The translations under genes were made by a program, and so were the position numbers. Shown piece after piece: positions 9,362 through 17,838 of a stretch of DNA of 64,000 bases; the first letter of the stretch is position 1; the number at the start of each line of letters is the position of its first letter. The notes below the pieces were generated by a model that saw only the letters and a program-made list of their open reading frames with translations, was not told the DNA's origin and searched no databases. Source of the DNA: Candidatus Aldehydirespiratoraceae bacterium. Its GTDB lineage: Bacteria > Actinomycetota > Acidimicrobiia > Acidimicrobiales > Aldehydirespiratoraceae. The stretch lies in contig OZ240617.1 of NCBI GenBank assembly GCA_965198365.1, forward strand, positions 195,938 through 259,937, read 5' to 3'.

Positions 9362-10219
9362 ATGAGATACGCAGCTCCCACTACTGTGGATGAGGCTCTT
9401 GAACTGTTGCGCAGCGATCCCGACTCTCGGGTGTTCGCGGGTGCAACCGACCTCATCCCCCAAATCCGAGCCGGTCGCCCCGAGCCATCGGTACTAGTCG
9501 ACCTGAAACGCATAGAGCGACTCGTTGCAGTCAGTCACAACAACGGCACCTGGACTGTCGGTGCGGCCACGCCCACATCGGCACTCACCGCCAACGCCGA
9601 ATTCAGCTCCATGTTCCCGGGCCTCTCCGAAGCAAGCGGTTTGATCGGCTCTGACCAGATCCAGAACCGGTCAAGCTGGGGCGGCAACCTCTGCAACGCT
9701 TCACCCGCAGCAGATTCCGTGCCAGCGCTGATCGTCAACGACGCCACCGCCGTGATCGCCGGCGTCTCGGGCGAACGGACAGCCAATGTGGCCGATGTCG
9801 TAACCGGGCCAGGGCAGACATCGCTCGCCGATGGGGAGTTTGTCATCGAGTTCCTGCTTGACGACCCGCCCGCCAACAGCGGCGATGCCTACCTGAGGCT
9901 GATTCCCCGCACCGAAATGGACATCGCCGTAGTCGGCGCTGCGGTGCAACTGACCATGGACGGCGACAGTGTCGCATCAGCGAAAGTTGCTCTCGGCGCG
10001 GTGGCCCCGACCTTCGTGCGAGTGGCAGACGCTGAAGCTGCCCTTGTCGGCTCCAGCTTGGACGACGGCACCCTCGGAGCAGTCGCTGCCGCGGCCTCGG
10101 CTGCATGCGACCCCATCGACGACAAACGAGGCACGATCCAATACCGCAGGCAAGTAGCGGGCGTGCTGGCCAAAAGAGCCGCCGTGATAGCCGCACAACG
10201 AGCAAAAGGAGCGAGCTGA
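9362..10219 (+). CDS. molybdenum hydroxylase FAD-binding medium subunit (CoxM/CutM-like)
   Basis: Start at ATG 9362 (MRYAAPTTVDEAL). Has the FAGATDL motif and a C-terminal CO-dehydrogenase flavoprotein domain (IDDKRGTIQYRRQ). Confidence 0.8.
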   Translation: MRYAAPTTVDEALELLRSDPDSRVFAGATDLIPQIRAGRPEPSVLVDLKRIERLVAVSHNNGTWTVGAATPTSALTANAEFSSMFPGLSEASGLIGSDQIQNRSSWGGNLCNASPAADSVPALIVNDATAVIAGVSGERTANVADVVTGPGQTSLADGEFVIEFLLDDPPANSGDAYLRLIPRTEMDIAVVGAAVQLTMDGDSVASAKVALGAVAPTFVRVADAEAALVGSSLDDGTLGAVAAAASAACDPIDDKRGTIQYRRQVAGVLAKRAAVIAAQRAKGAS

Positions 10220-10701
10220 TGCCACGAACCCACGTGAACTGCACAGTCAACGGCGACGAAGTGGATTTCCTGTCGGCAGATGAGACCTCCCTTCTCAACG
10301 CTCTGCGTGACGAGTTGGGCCTCACCGGCGTAAAGGAGGGTTGCGGAACCGGCGACTGTGGTGCCTGCACAATCCTGGTTGACGGCAAGGTCAACTGCGC
10401 ATGTCTGATGTTCGCTCCCGAAGCCGAAGGGTCTGCGATCATCACTGTTGAAGGCATCGCCCAAGGCGACCAACTGCACCCGGTGCAACAGACCTTCCTC
10501 GAAGGAGCTGCTCTGCAATGCGGCGTTTGCACCCCAGGATTCATCGTGGCTGCCAAAGCGCTGCTTGACGAGAACTCCGACCCCACCGAAACCGAAATCC
10601 GCTACGCCCTAGCCGGCAACCTCTGCCGCTGCACCGGCTACGACAAAATCATCCGAGCCGTGCAAGAAGCGGCTGTTCAGGTAAATGGAGCCTCCAAGTG
10701 A
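10219..10701 (+). CDS. (2Fe-2S)-binding small subunit (CoxS/CutS-like)
   Basis: The ATGA overlap couples it to the upstream gene. Cysteine motifs CGTGDCGAC, CGVCTPG and CRCTGY are present. Confidence 0.85.
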   Translation: MPRTHVNCTVNGDEVDFLSADETSLLNALRDELGLTGVKEGCGTGDCGACTILVDGKVNCACLMFAPEAEGSAIITVEGIAQGDQLHPVQQTFLEGAALQCGVCTPGFIVAAKALLDENSDPTETEIRYALAGNLCRCTGYDKIIRAVQEAAVQVNGASK

Positions 10702-12929
10702 CTGTCACCGAGAACCCCCGAACCTACAAATACGTCGGCACCCGACCGGTGCGTCACGACGGACTCGACAAAGTAACCGGCAAAGCCCGGTTCGCTGCCG
10801 ACCTCGACATGACCGGGCAGCTCCGCGCCGCCCTAGTGCGCTCACCACACGCGCACGCCCGGATCGTCTCGATCGACACCAGCAAAGCCGAAGCGATGCC
10901 GGGAGTGAAGGCGGTAGTGACCGGTGCTGATTTTGCTGATCTCGACCCCACTCACCCCGAATTCGACATGGCAGTGAACCTGATGGCACGCGACGAGGTC
11001 CTGTACAACGGCCATGTTGTTGCCGCGGTGGCCGCGGTTACGACCGCCCAAGCCGCCGCTGCCGCTGACGCAGTCGAAGTCGACTACGACCCGCTGCCCG
11101 CAGTCCTGACCATCGACGAAGCCATCGCCGAAGGCGCTCCGATCGCCAACCCCACCACCCGCACCCTGTTCTCGGGCGACACCGAACCATCGAACCTGGC
11201 GTCAGTCAACGAATTCGGCCGCGGCGACGTGGAAGCCGGTTTCGCAGCAGCCGACATCATCCTCGAACGAGAATTCCGGACTGTGGCAGTGCACCAGGGG
11301 TATATCGAGCCCCACGCTTGCGTGGTCGACTGCGGCCAAGACGGCAAAGCCACGATATGGGCCTCCTCGCAGGGCCATTTCGCGGTGCGATCCAAGACCG
11401 CCGCGGCGCTTGGTTGGAGCACCGACCGGATCAAAGTCATCCCCGCCGAAATCGGTGGCGGGTTCGGCGGCAAGACCACCATCTATCTCGAACCAGTCGC
11501 GGTGTTGCTGTCACAGAAAGCCGCCCGCCCGGTGAAGCTGGTGATGTCACGCGAAGAAGTGCTACGGGCAACCGGCCCGGCACCCGCCACCAAGATCAAC
11601 GCGAAGATCGGTGCCACCGCGGACGGCGAAATCACCACCCTGCAATCCACGATGTACTTCGACAACGGGTCCACCAAAGGATTCAGCGCGCTCACCGGGG
11701 CGATGTCGGTCGCTTCCTACAAGCTGCCCAACCTTGAGCTACATGCCATCGGTACTATCACCAACACGGCACGCTCAGCCGCTTATCGGGCACCCTCGGC
11801 TCCCCAAGCAGCATTCGCCGTCGAAACGTTGATTGACGAACTCGCACAGCGCCTCAATATGGACCCGATCGTCATCCGCCTGCAGAACGCGGTAGTCGAA
11901 GGCGACGCCACCGCAATGGGTATGCCGCACCCCAAGATCGGTTTCGTTGAGACCCTCGAAGCGATCAAGAACTCTGACCACTACAACTCACCGGTTCCAG
12001 AAGGCGCCGGGCGAGGCGTGGCAACCGGTTTCTGGTTCAACATCGGGGAACAATCGTCAGCGACAGTCAACCTCAACGAAGACGGCACCGCCACAGTGAT
12101 CACCGGGAGCCCCGACATCGGCGGCAGCCGCGCTTCTATGGCGCTGATGGCAGCCGAAGAACTCGGCCTCGCCGTCGATCGCATAACCCCGATCATTGCC
12201 GACACCGAATCGGTTGGTTTCACCGATATCACCGAAGGCAGCCGCGCCACGTTCGCCACCGGCATGGCAGTGGTCAACGCCTGCCGTGACCTCATCGGAC
12301 AGTTGAAGCAACGAGCTGCCACCATCAAGAGCGTGGACGTCGAACAGGTCGAATGGGTCGACGGCGCGGCGGTCATTGAAGGGCAGGATCCGCTAACAAT
12401 CCCGGAGATCACCGCAATGGCCAAGAACACCGGTGGCCCGCTCACCGCTACCGCTTCGCTCAACGCGGCGGGGGCGGGCCCGTCGTTTGCGGTCCATGTC
12501 GCCGACGTAGCCGTTGACGAAGAAACCGGGGAAACCACAGTCCTGCGTTACACCGCCGCTCAAGACGCCGGCACTGCCATCCACCCCTCCTATGTGGAAG
12601 GTCAGATACAGGGTGGGTCGGTGCAAGGAATCGGCTGGGCGCTCAACGAGGAATACATCTACGACTCCAACGGAGTCATGGAAAACGCCAGCTTCCTCGA
12701 CTATCGGATGCCCGTGGCTTCTGATCTACCGATGATCGACGCGATCATCGTGGAGGTTCCCAACCCGAGCCACCCCTACGGCGTGCGCGGCGTCGGGGAA
12801 ACAGGCATCGTGCCCCCGATCCCAACCATCGCCAACGCCATCGCTGCAGCAACAGACGTGCGTATGACCTCGCTGCCGATGTCGCCTCCGAGGCTGCTGG
12901 CCGCGATCAACGAGAACGCCGGTAGCTAG
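10698..12929 (+). CDS. molybdopterin-binding large subunit of an aldehyde oxidase/xanthine dehydrogenase family enzyme
   Basis: 743 aa. The start overlaps the upstream stop. It has the typical a/b hammerhead domain and GGGFGGK motif. Confidence 0.85.
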   Translation: MTVTENPRTYKYVGTRPVRHDGLDKVTGKARFAADLDMTGQLRAALVRSPHAHARIVSIDTSKAEAMPGVKAVVTGADFADLDPTHPEFDMAVNLMARDEVLYNGHVVAAVAAVTTAQAAAAADAVEVDYDPLPAVLTIDEAIAEGAPIANPTTRTLFSGDTEPSNLASVNEFGRGDVEAGFAAADIILEREFRTVAVHQGYIEPHACVVDCGQDGKATIWASSQGHFAVRSKTAAALGWSTDRIKVIPAEIGGGFGGKTTIYLEPVAVLLSQKAARPVKLVMSREEVLRATGPAPATKINAKIGATADGEITTLQSTMYFDNGSTKGFSALTGAMSVASYKLPNLELHAIGTITNTARSAAYRAPSAPQAAFAVETLIDELAQRLNMDPIVIRLQNAVVEGDATAMGMPHPKIGFVETLEAIKNSDHYNSPVPEGAGRGVATGFWFNIGEQSSATVNLNEDGTATVITGSPDIGGSRASMALMAAEELGLAVDRITPIIADTESVGFTDITEGSRATFATGMAVVNACRDLIGQLKQRAATIKSVDVEQVEWVDGAAVIEGQDPLTIPEITAMAKNTGGPLTATASLNAAGAGPSFAVHVADVAVDEETGETTVLRYTAAQDAGTAIHPSYVEGQIQGGSVQGIGWALNEEYIYDSNGVMENASFLDYRMPVASDLPMIDAIIVEVPNPSHPYGVRGVGETGIVPPIPTIANAIAAATDVRMTSLPMSPPRLLAAINENAGS

Positions 12930-12934
12930 AACTA

Positions 12935-13180
12935 GTGGCCACTGTCCATCTTCAAGCCGATCATCGTCGCTTCACCGGCGGTGAAAAAGTCTTGCAGGTG
13001 GACGGCAACACGGTTGGCGAGCTGATTACAGAACTTGAGCGCCTTTACCCGGGCCTTGGGCCGTTGTTGACTGACGGTGCCAGCGTGGCCATCAACGGCG
13101 AACTGATCCCCAACGGGATCTTCGAGAAGGTCGATTCCTCCACCGAGGTCTACTTCGTAGCGCCTATATCGGGCGGTTGA
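12935..13180 (+). CDS. MoaD/ThiS family ubiquitin-like sulfur-carrier protein
   Basis: 81 aa ending in ...APISGG (C-terminal Gly-Gly). Beta-grasp-size protein lying 5 nt after the large-subunit gene. Confidence 0.65.
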   Translation: MATVHLQADHRRFTGGEKVLQVDGNTVGELITELERLYPGLGPLLTDGASVAINGELIPNGIFEKVDSSTEVYFVAPISGG

Positions 13181-13248
13181 CGTCAGCTGTTTGGGGCTGT
13201 TGTGGCGGCGGGGTTATAGTCGGCTGACCGTCTAATAAAGGGAGACCA

Positions 13249-13725
13249 ATGGCTCGCTTCCACGAGTTCGAAATGCTTTCGCTGGAAGGTGACCAAGTGG
13301 CGTTTTCGACGTTTGCCGACGCGGCTTGCCTGGTTGTCAACGTCGCTTCCGCTTGAGGCCTCACACGCCAGTACGCAGGTCTGCGTACGCTCCACAACGG
13401 AGACCACGGAGTCCAGGTGCTGGGCTTTCCGTGCAACCAGTTCGGTGGCCAGGAACCGGGCAGCGCTGAAGAGATCCGGGCTTTTGTCAACGACAACTAC
13501 AACATCAACTTTCCGATGTTCGCCAAGATCAACGTCAACGGTGATGACGCCGCCGATCTCTACAACTGGCTCAAGCGCGAGCACCCAGGCGACGATGCCT
13601 CGTCGGACATCCAATGGAATTTCGAAAAGTTCCTGGTCGACTCCGACGGACAGGTGGTTGCTCGCTTCCCACCCGAAGTCACCCCCGAAGAAATCACCGA
13701 ACAACTGCCCGCTCTGCTGAAATAA
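13249..13725 (+). CDS. glutathione peroxidase with in-frame TGA (13354-13356) at the catalytic position; probable selenocysteine
   Basis: ATG 13249 with AAGGGAG RBS. The product reads MARFHEFEMLSLEGDQVAFSTFADAACLVVNVASA-TGA-GLTRQYAGLRTLHNGDHGVQVLGFPCNQFGGQEPG...WNFEKFLV. The TGA replaces the peroxidatic Cys/Sec of the NVAS-x-[C/U]-G-x-T motif. The downstream ORF-track piece (13417..13725) is in the same frame. Confidence 0.75.
13371..13388 (+). promoter_or_regulatory. candidate bacterial SECIS apical hairpin
   Basis: Perfect hairpin GTACGCA-GGTC-TGCGTAC starting 14 nt after the TGA. Its core GCAGGTCTGC is identical to the apical stem-loop of the E. coli fdhF SECIS minihelix (GGUUGCAGGUCUGCACC). 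Confidence 0.65.
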
Positions 13726-13736
13726 AGGCACTCACT

Positions 13737-14213
13737 ATGACCCCCCAAGACCTCGTTGAGATCGAACAGATCAAACAACTCAAATACAAGTACGTCCGCC
13801 TGCTCGACCAACACTTGTTTGAAGAGATGCGTTCTGTGCTCACCGACGATGTGACCGTTCGCTACAGCGACGGCAAGTATTCGTACGATGGCGTCGATGC
13901 GGTGATCGGCTTCCTAACGGAATCGATGGGTTCAGAGAGCTTCCTGTCGAGCCACTCCTGCCATCATCCCGAAATCACCCTCAACGGCGACGGCACAGCC
14001 ACCGGGATCTGGAAACTCGAAGACCAGGTGGTCATCGGTGAACACGACCTGACGTTGCGCGGCGCGGCCTTCTACTACGACGAGTATGTGAAGACCGCTG
14101 CCGGTTGGCGGATCAAGACCACCGGTTACCGCCGGATCTTCGAAGAAATGCATCCCCGCTCCGCCATCGAAGGACTCAACCTCGTAGCCACCTGGTTCGG
14201 CGGCGAAACCTGA
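13737..14213 (+). CDS. SnoaL-like / NTF2 family protein
   Basis: Start at ATG 13737 (MTPQDLVEIEQIKQLKYKYVRLLD), the typical SnoaL_4 N-terminal helix. About 158 aa. Confidence 0.6.
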   Translation: MTPQDLVEIEQIKQLKYKYVRLLDQHLFEEMRSVLTDDVTVRYSDGKYSYDGVDAVIGFLTESMGSESFLSSHSCHHPEITLNGDGTATGIWKLEDQVVIGEHDLTLRGAAFYYDEYVKTAAGWRIKTTGYRRIFEEMHPRSAIEGLNLVATWFGGET

Positions 14214-14225
14214 GCGTCTCGAAGA

Positions 14226-15002
14226 TTAGGTGTGGCGGGGGCCGCCGCGGTCGCCGGGCCAACGGCTACCTCCGATGACGTCGGCGTGGGGCCAGAAGGC
14301 GATCGGGTCTAGAGGACCCGCGTTGGTGATGTCGCGTGCTTTGGCTTGATGGGTGACCAACTGGGACGACACCATCTCCTTGATCGGCAGGTAACGCGCT
14401 ACTGGATCCCATGGTGAGTCGAGGAGTTTCAGATCACCGTCGATCTCCTCCACATGGATCTGCTCGAAGCGAGTGGCCACGTCGACCACATGGGGTGGGA
14501 AGTCGTATTGCTTCTCGGCTCCGCCGATGGCACGGGAATACTTGGTCCACCACTCGTGCTCAACGAATTCGCCCTCAACCGGGGCTCCCACACCAATCAC
14601 CTCACCGGAGAACTCAATGAAGGTGTAGCCCTGATGGACCGTCCGAGCACCGACATGGTCACCGAGGCGGAAGAACTCGATGTCGCAGAGAAACTTGGGC
14701 TGACCGTTGAGCTCACCGCTGATGAACACTGCAGCCTCCTGATCAATCCCCATACCGAGGTTGTAAGCCCCCTCGACACCGTTGAAAGAAGCCGGAACCT
14801 TCACGCTGACACCGAACTCGGGTTCACCGAGAATAGGCACACAATAAATCCCTATCTGCACGACGGGATCAAGCGGAGTGAGCCCGGGCGGCAGCAGCGG
14901 GGCGACATTGGCCTCGTCGGTGGTGTACTTGACGACGAGCTTGGGCCAGCCGGCTACCTCACCCGGACGGCTCATCGGCACAGTGTTTTCTAGCGTGGTC
15001 AT
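14226..15002 (-). CDS. acetoacetate decarboxylase-like family protein (tentative)
   Basis: 258-aa ORF with good coding character. The family assignment comes from overall resemblance only. Confidence 0.45.
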   Translation of the reverse strand: MTTLENTVPMSRPGEVAGWPKLVVKYTTDEANVAPLLPPGLTPLDPVVQIGIYCVPILGEPEFGVSVKVPASFNGVEGAYNLGMGIDQEAAVFISGELNGQPKFLCDIEFFRLGDHVGARTVHQGYTFIEFSGEVIGVGAPVEGEFVEHEWWTKYSRAIGGAEKQYDFPPHVVDVATRFEQIHVEEIDGDLKLLDSPWDPVARYLPIKEMVSSQLVTHQAKARDITNAGPLDPIAFWPHADVIGGSRWPGDRGGPRHT

Positions 15003-15101
15003 TAGCAGTCCTCCGTTGGACTCAGATTGGGAAGGGCGATCAACACTGATCTACAATGCCCGGGTTCGGGTAGAAAGCTCAAATCGTAAAGGAGCACACC
15101 C

Positions 15102-16391
15102 ATGCCGAATCCCCTCGAAGGCGTTGACCAAAGCAACGCTCCATACATCATCGTGTCGTCGGACACCCATGCTGGGTTGTTCGTTGAGGACTACCGCGAG
15201 TACCTCGAATCATCCGTGCACGCCGAGTTCGACGAGTGGTTGGTGACGCGCCACCAGCAGCGGGCGATGGTCGAAGAACTCAACGGCGAATACGTTGAGC
15301 AGTGGGAGCGGGAGAACGAAGTCGGTCTCAAGGGCGCTTACGACCCCGAGATCCGCGACAAAACCCTTGATGCAGACGGCGTGGCCGGGGAGATCATCTT
15401 CGCCGACGGCGACGCAGTGACCGGAATGGAAGCGCCACCTTTCGGGGCGGGGTTGCAGGCCGGGATGATCACCGACCCGAGGCTTGCTTGGGCCGGAGCC
15501 CGAGCTCACAACCGTTGGCTCGAAGAGTTCTGTGCCACCAACCCTCCCCGTCGTGCCGGCGTAGCGCTCGTGCCGATCACCCACGGAGTTGCCGAGTCGG
15601 TCAAGGAGATCGAGTCGTTGGCAGGGAAACCGGGGGTCAAGGGAATCATGATCCCCACGATGTGGCACGACAACGCTTCCTACGGTCACGAAAGTTACGA
15701 CCCGGTATGGGCCGCGTGTGCAGAAGCTGGGCTGGTAGTTCACACCCACTCCGGTGAGGCCGACTCCGGGTCTTACAACGACAACATGGCCCAATACATG
15801 CTGGAAGTGGCGTTCTGGACCCACCGACCGCTGTGGCAACTGCTGCTTTCGGGCAAGTTCGACAAGTTCCCGAACCTCAGATACGCGCCGGTTGAATGCG
15901 GCTCCTGGTGGCTCGGCGACCTGCTCTTCAAGACCGATGCGGTCTTCGGCGGACGTAACTGGAAGGTCAAGAAGATGGCCTCCCGAACCAAGGGCCTGAT
16001 CCAGAAGCTGCCCTCCGAGTACATCGGGACCAACGTTTTCATCGGTGCGTCGACCATGAGCAAAGTCGAACTTCGCCGCCGTTACGTGAACGGTATTGAT
16101 GCGCTGATGTGGGGTACCGACTATCCCCATCCAGAGGGATCGTGGCCGCACACGCTGGAACGTCTCGAAACTGATTTCCAGGAGATCCCGGTGGAGGAGA
16201 CGCGGTTGCTGCTGGGCCTCAACGCGGTGCGCTGCTACGACCTCGACCTCGACGGTCTCACCAAGATCGCCGAAGACATCGGTCCAACGCCGTTGGAGCT
16301 GAACCAGGACCTCAGCCTGCGCACCTCGCCCACTGCCATCCGTGAGGCCCGATTCTGGTTCGAGGACTACAACATCGAATGGCCCGACTAG
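15102..16391 (+). CDS. amidohydrolase_2 (ACMSD-like) family metal-dependent hydrolase
   Basis: SSDTHAG near the N-terminus and WGTDYPHPEG near the C-terminus. AAAGGAG RBS. Confidence 0.7.
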   Translation: MPNPLEGVDQSNAPYIIVSSDTHAGLFVEDYREYLESSVHAEFDEWLVTRHQQRAMVEELNGEYVEQWERENEVGLKGAYDPEIRDKTLDADGVAGEIIFADGDAVTGMEAPPFGAGLQAGMITDPRLAWAGARAHNRWLEEFCATNPPRRAGVALVPITHGVAESVKEIESLAGKPGVKGIMIPTMWHDNASYGHESYDPVWAACAEAGLVVHTHSGEADSGSYNDNMAQYMLEVAFWTHRPLWQLLLSGKFDKFPNLRYAPVECGSWWLGDLLFKTDAVFGGRNWKVKKMASRTKGLIQKLPSEYIGTNVFIGASTMSKVELRRRYVNGIDALMWGTDYPHPEGSWPHTLERLETDFQEIPVEETRLLLGLNAVRCYDLDLDGLTKIAEDIGPTPLELNQDLSLRTSPTAIREARFWFEDYNIEWPD

Positions 16392-16418
16392 GCCTGTCAG
16401 CGGGTACCGCACCGGTTG

Positions 16419-16498
16419 GCGGAAGCGGAAATCGTATAATCAACGCAGCGGAATTGGTAGATTTTGTTTGCGGAAATTGTTGATTAATTTTGGCGGAA
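16419..16498. repeat. periodic GCGGAA(A/T)T motif array in an AT-rich leader
   Basis: GCGGAA occurs at 16419, 16425, 16448, 16470 and 16493. The last four are spaced 22-23 bp apart. The array lies directly upstream of the GTG start at 16515, and a TATAAT is present at 16435-16440. Confidence 0.7.
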
Positions 16499-16514
16499 AT
16501 AGTATATTCAAATT

Positions 16515-17807
16515 GTGACCGGCACTTTGCTCGTACCCGATGGCTACGTTTCTCGGGTTGTGGAGTCTGCGGTTCACCGAGCTCTCGCAGCGGCGCCGAT
16601 GGTGCTTTTGGAAGGGGCTAAAGGGTGCGGCAAAACATGGACTGGCCTGAGTTCGGCACGCTCCAAGATGATGCTGGACGCGGATGCCAACGACTTGGCC
16701 CTAGCCCACGCCTCTCCCCGTCCCGCGCTCTCCGAGGGGCCTGCGCCCAAGCTGGTGGACGAGTATCAGCGGGTTCCGGAGTTGTGGAACATCTTGAAGG
16801 GAGTCAGCGACGAAGACCGCAACCCTGGCCGTTTCATTCTCACCGGTTCTGCAGAGAAGGTCGACGACATTACCCGGCACTCTGGGGCTGGCCGCTTGAT
16901 ACGGGTCCGGATGCGGCCGATGTCGTTGTTGGAGACCGGTCACTCCAACGGGGGTGTGTCGTTGAGGTCATTGATGTCTGGCGAACCCGCGCAGTCAGGA
17001 CGCTCAGAGGAGATTTCTCTCGGAGCCTGGGCTGACATTGTCTGCACCGGTGGGTGGCCTCGTCACCTGGGCTTGGCCTCAGATCTCGCTCAGAGGCTCC
17101 TTGCCGCCTATTTGAATGAGACCATCAAAGCCGACATGCCTTTGGAGACCGGTGTGCGACGTTCCCCTGCAAAGGTGATGCGCTTGCTCCGCTCTTGCGC
17201 CCGCCACACGGCGACCGTCGCAACTCAAGCGTCGCTGGCCCGAGACACTGCAGGCGATGGACCTGCGGTGAACCGTCATACCGTTAGCAGCTATATCGAC
17301 GCCATGCATCGTTTGTGTGTGCTGGACGACCTCGAAGGATGGGCACCAGCGATGCGTTCCAAGTCGGTGTTGCGCCAATCTCCGAAGCGTCATATGACGG
17401 ACCCGTCGTTGGCTGCTGCCGCTCTAAGGGTAGGACCGGGCCACTTGCTCGAAGACCTCAGGACTTTGGGACTTCTGTTTGAATCGTTGGCCATACGGGA
17501 TCTGCGGGTGTACGCGGAGGCCCACGACATGTCGGTCTGGCACTATCACGACGACAAGCATCGGGAGTTGGACGCGGTAATCGAACATCTCGACGGACGG
17601 TGGATCGCACTCGAAATCAAACTCGGAGGAGTGCCCTCCAGGTTGGACGAGGCTGCGGCGGCGCTGTTGGCTGTCGCCCGGCAGGTGGTCAGACACTCGC
17701 GGCGAGACCCGCCGACCGCACACGTCATTCTCACCGCGTTCGGACGGCGCGCCTATCGACGTCCCGACGGGGTTGATGTGGTGCCGCTGTCGCAGCTGGG
17801 GCCGTAG
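16515..17807 (+). CDS. AAA-type ATP-binding protein with DUF4143-like C-terminal domain
   Basis: Walker A-like GAKGCGKTW, a DEYQ Walker B-like motif and a C-terminal DUF4143-like region. 430 aa. Confidence 0.6.
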   Translation: MTGTLLVPDGYVSRVVESAVHRALAAAPMVLLEGAKGCGKTWTGLSSARSKMMLDADANDLALAHASPRPALSEGPAPKLVDEYQRVPELWNILKGVSDEDRNPGRFILTGSAEKVDDITRHSGAGRLIRVRMRPMSLLETGHSNGGVSLRSLMSGEPAQSGRSEEISLGAWADIVCTGGWPRHLGLASDLAQRLLAAYLNETIKADMPLETGVRRSPAKVMRLLRSCARHTATVATQASLARDTAGDGPAVNRHTVSSYIDAMHRLCVLDDLEGWAPAMRSKSVLRQSPKRHMTDPSLAAAALRVGPGHLLEDLRTLGLLFESLAIRDLRVYAEAHDMSVWHYHDDKHRELDAVIEHLDGRWIALEIKLGGVPSRLDEAAAALLAVARQVVRHSRRDPPTAHVILTAFGRRAYRRPDGVDVVPLSQLGP

Positions 17808-17838
17808 GCCGCACGCGATCATTCGCCGGTTCCGCTGT

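Noticed and set aside
13183-13731. 182-aa minus-strand ORF covering the GPx locus.
   Set aside because: It is antisense to a gene with unmistakable GPx motifs and has no recognisable motifs of its own. It is a typical high-GC shadow ORF.
15210-16412. 400-aa minus-strand ORF opposite the amidohydrolase gene. Similar cases are 18546..19811 opposite glnS, 26358..27356 opposite the 2OG oxygenase, 30925..32169 opposite the antiporter operon, 40289..41461 opposite the lipoprotein gene and 20861..21751 off-frame of the LLM gene.
   Set aside because: These are shadow ORFs in GC-rich DNA. In every case the partner strand or frame encodes a protein with clear family motifs.
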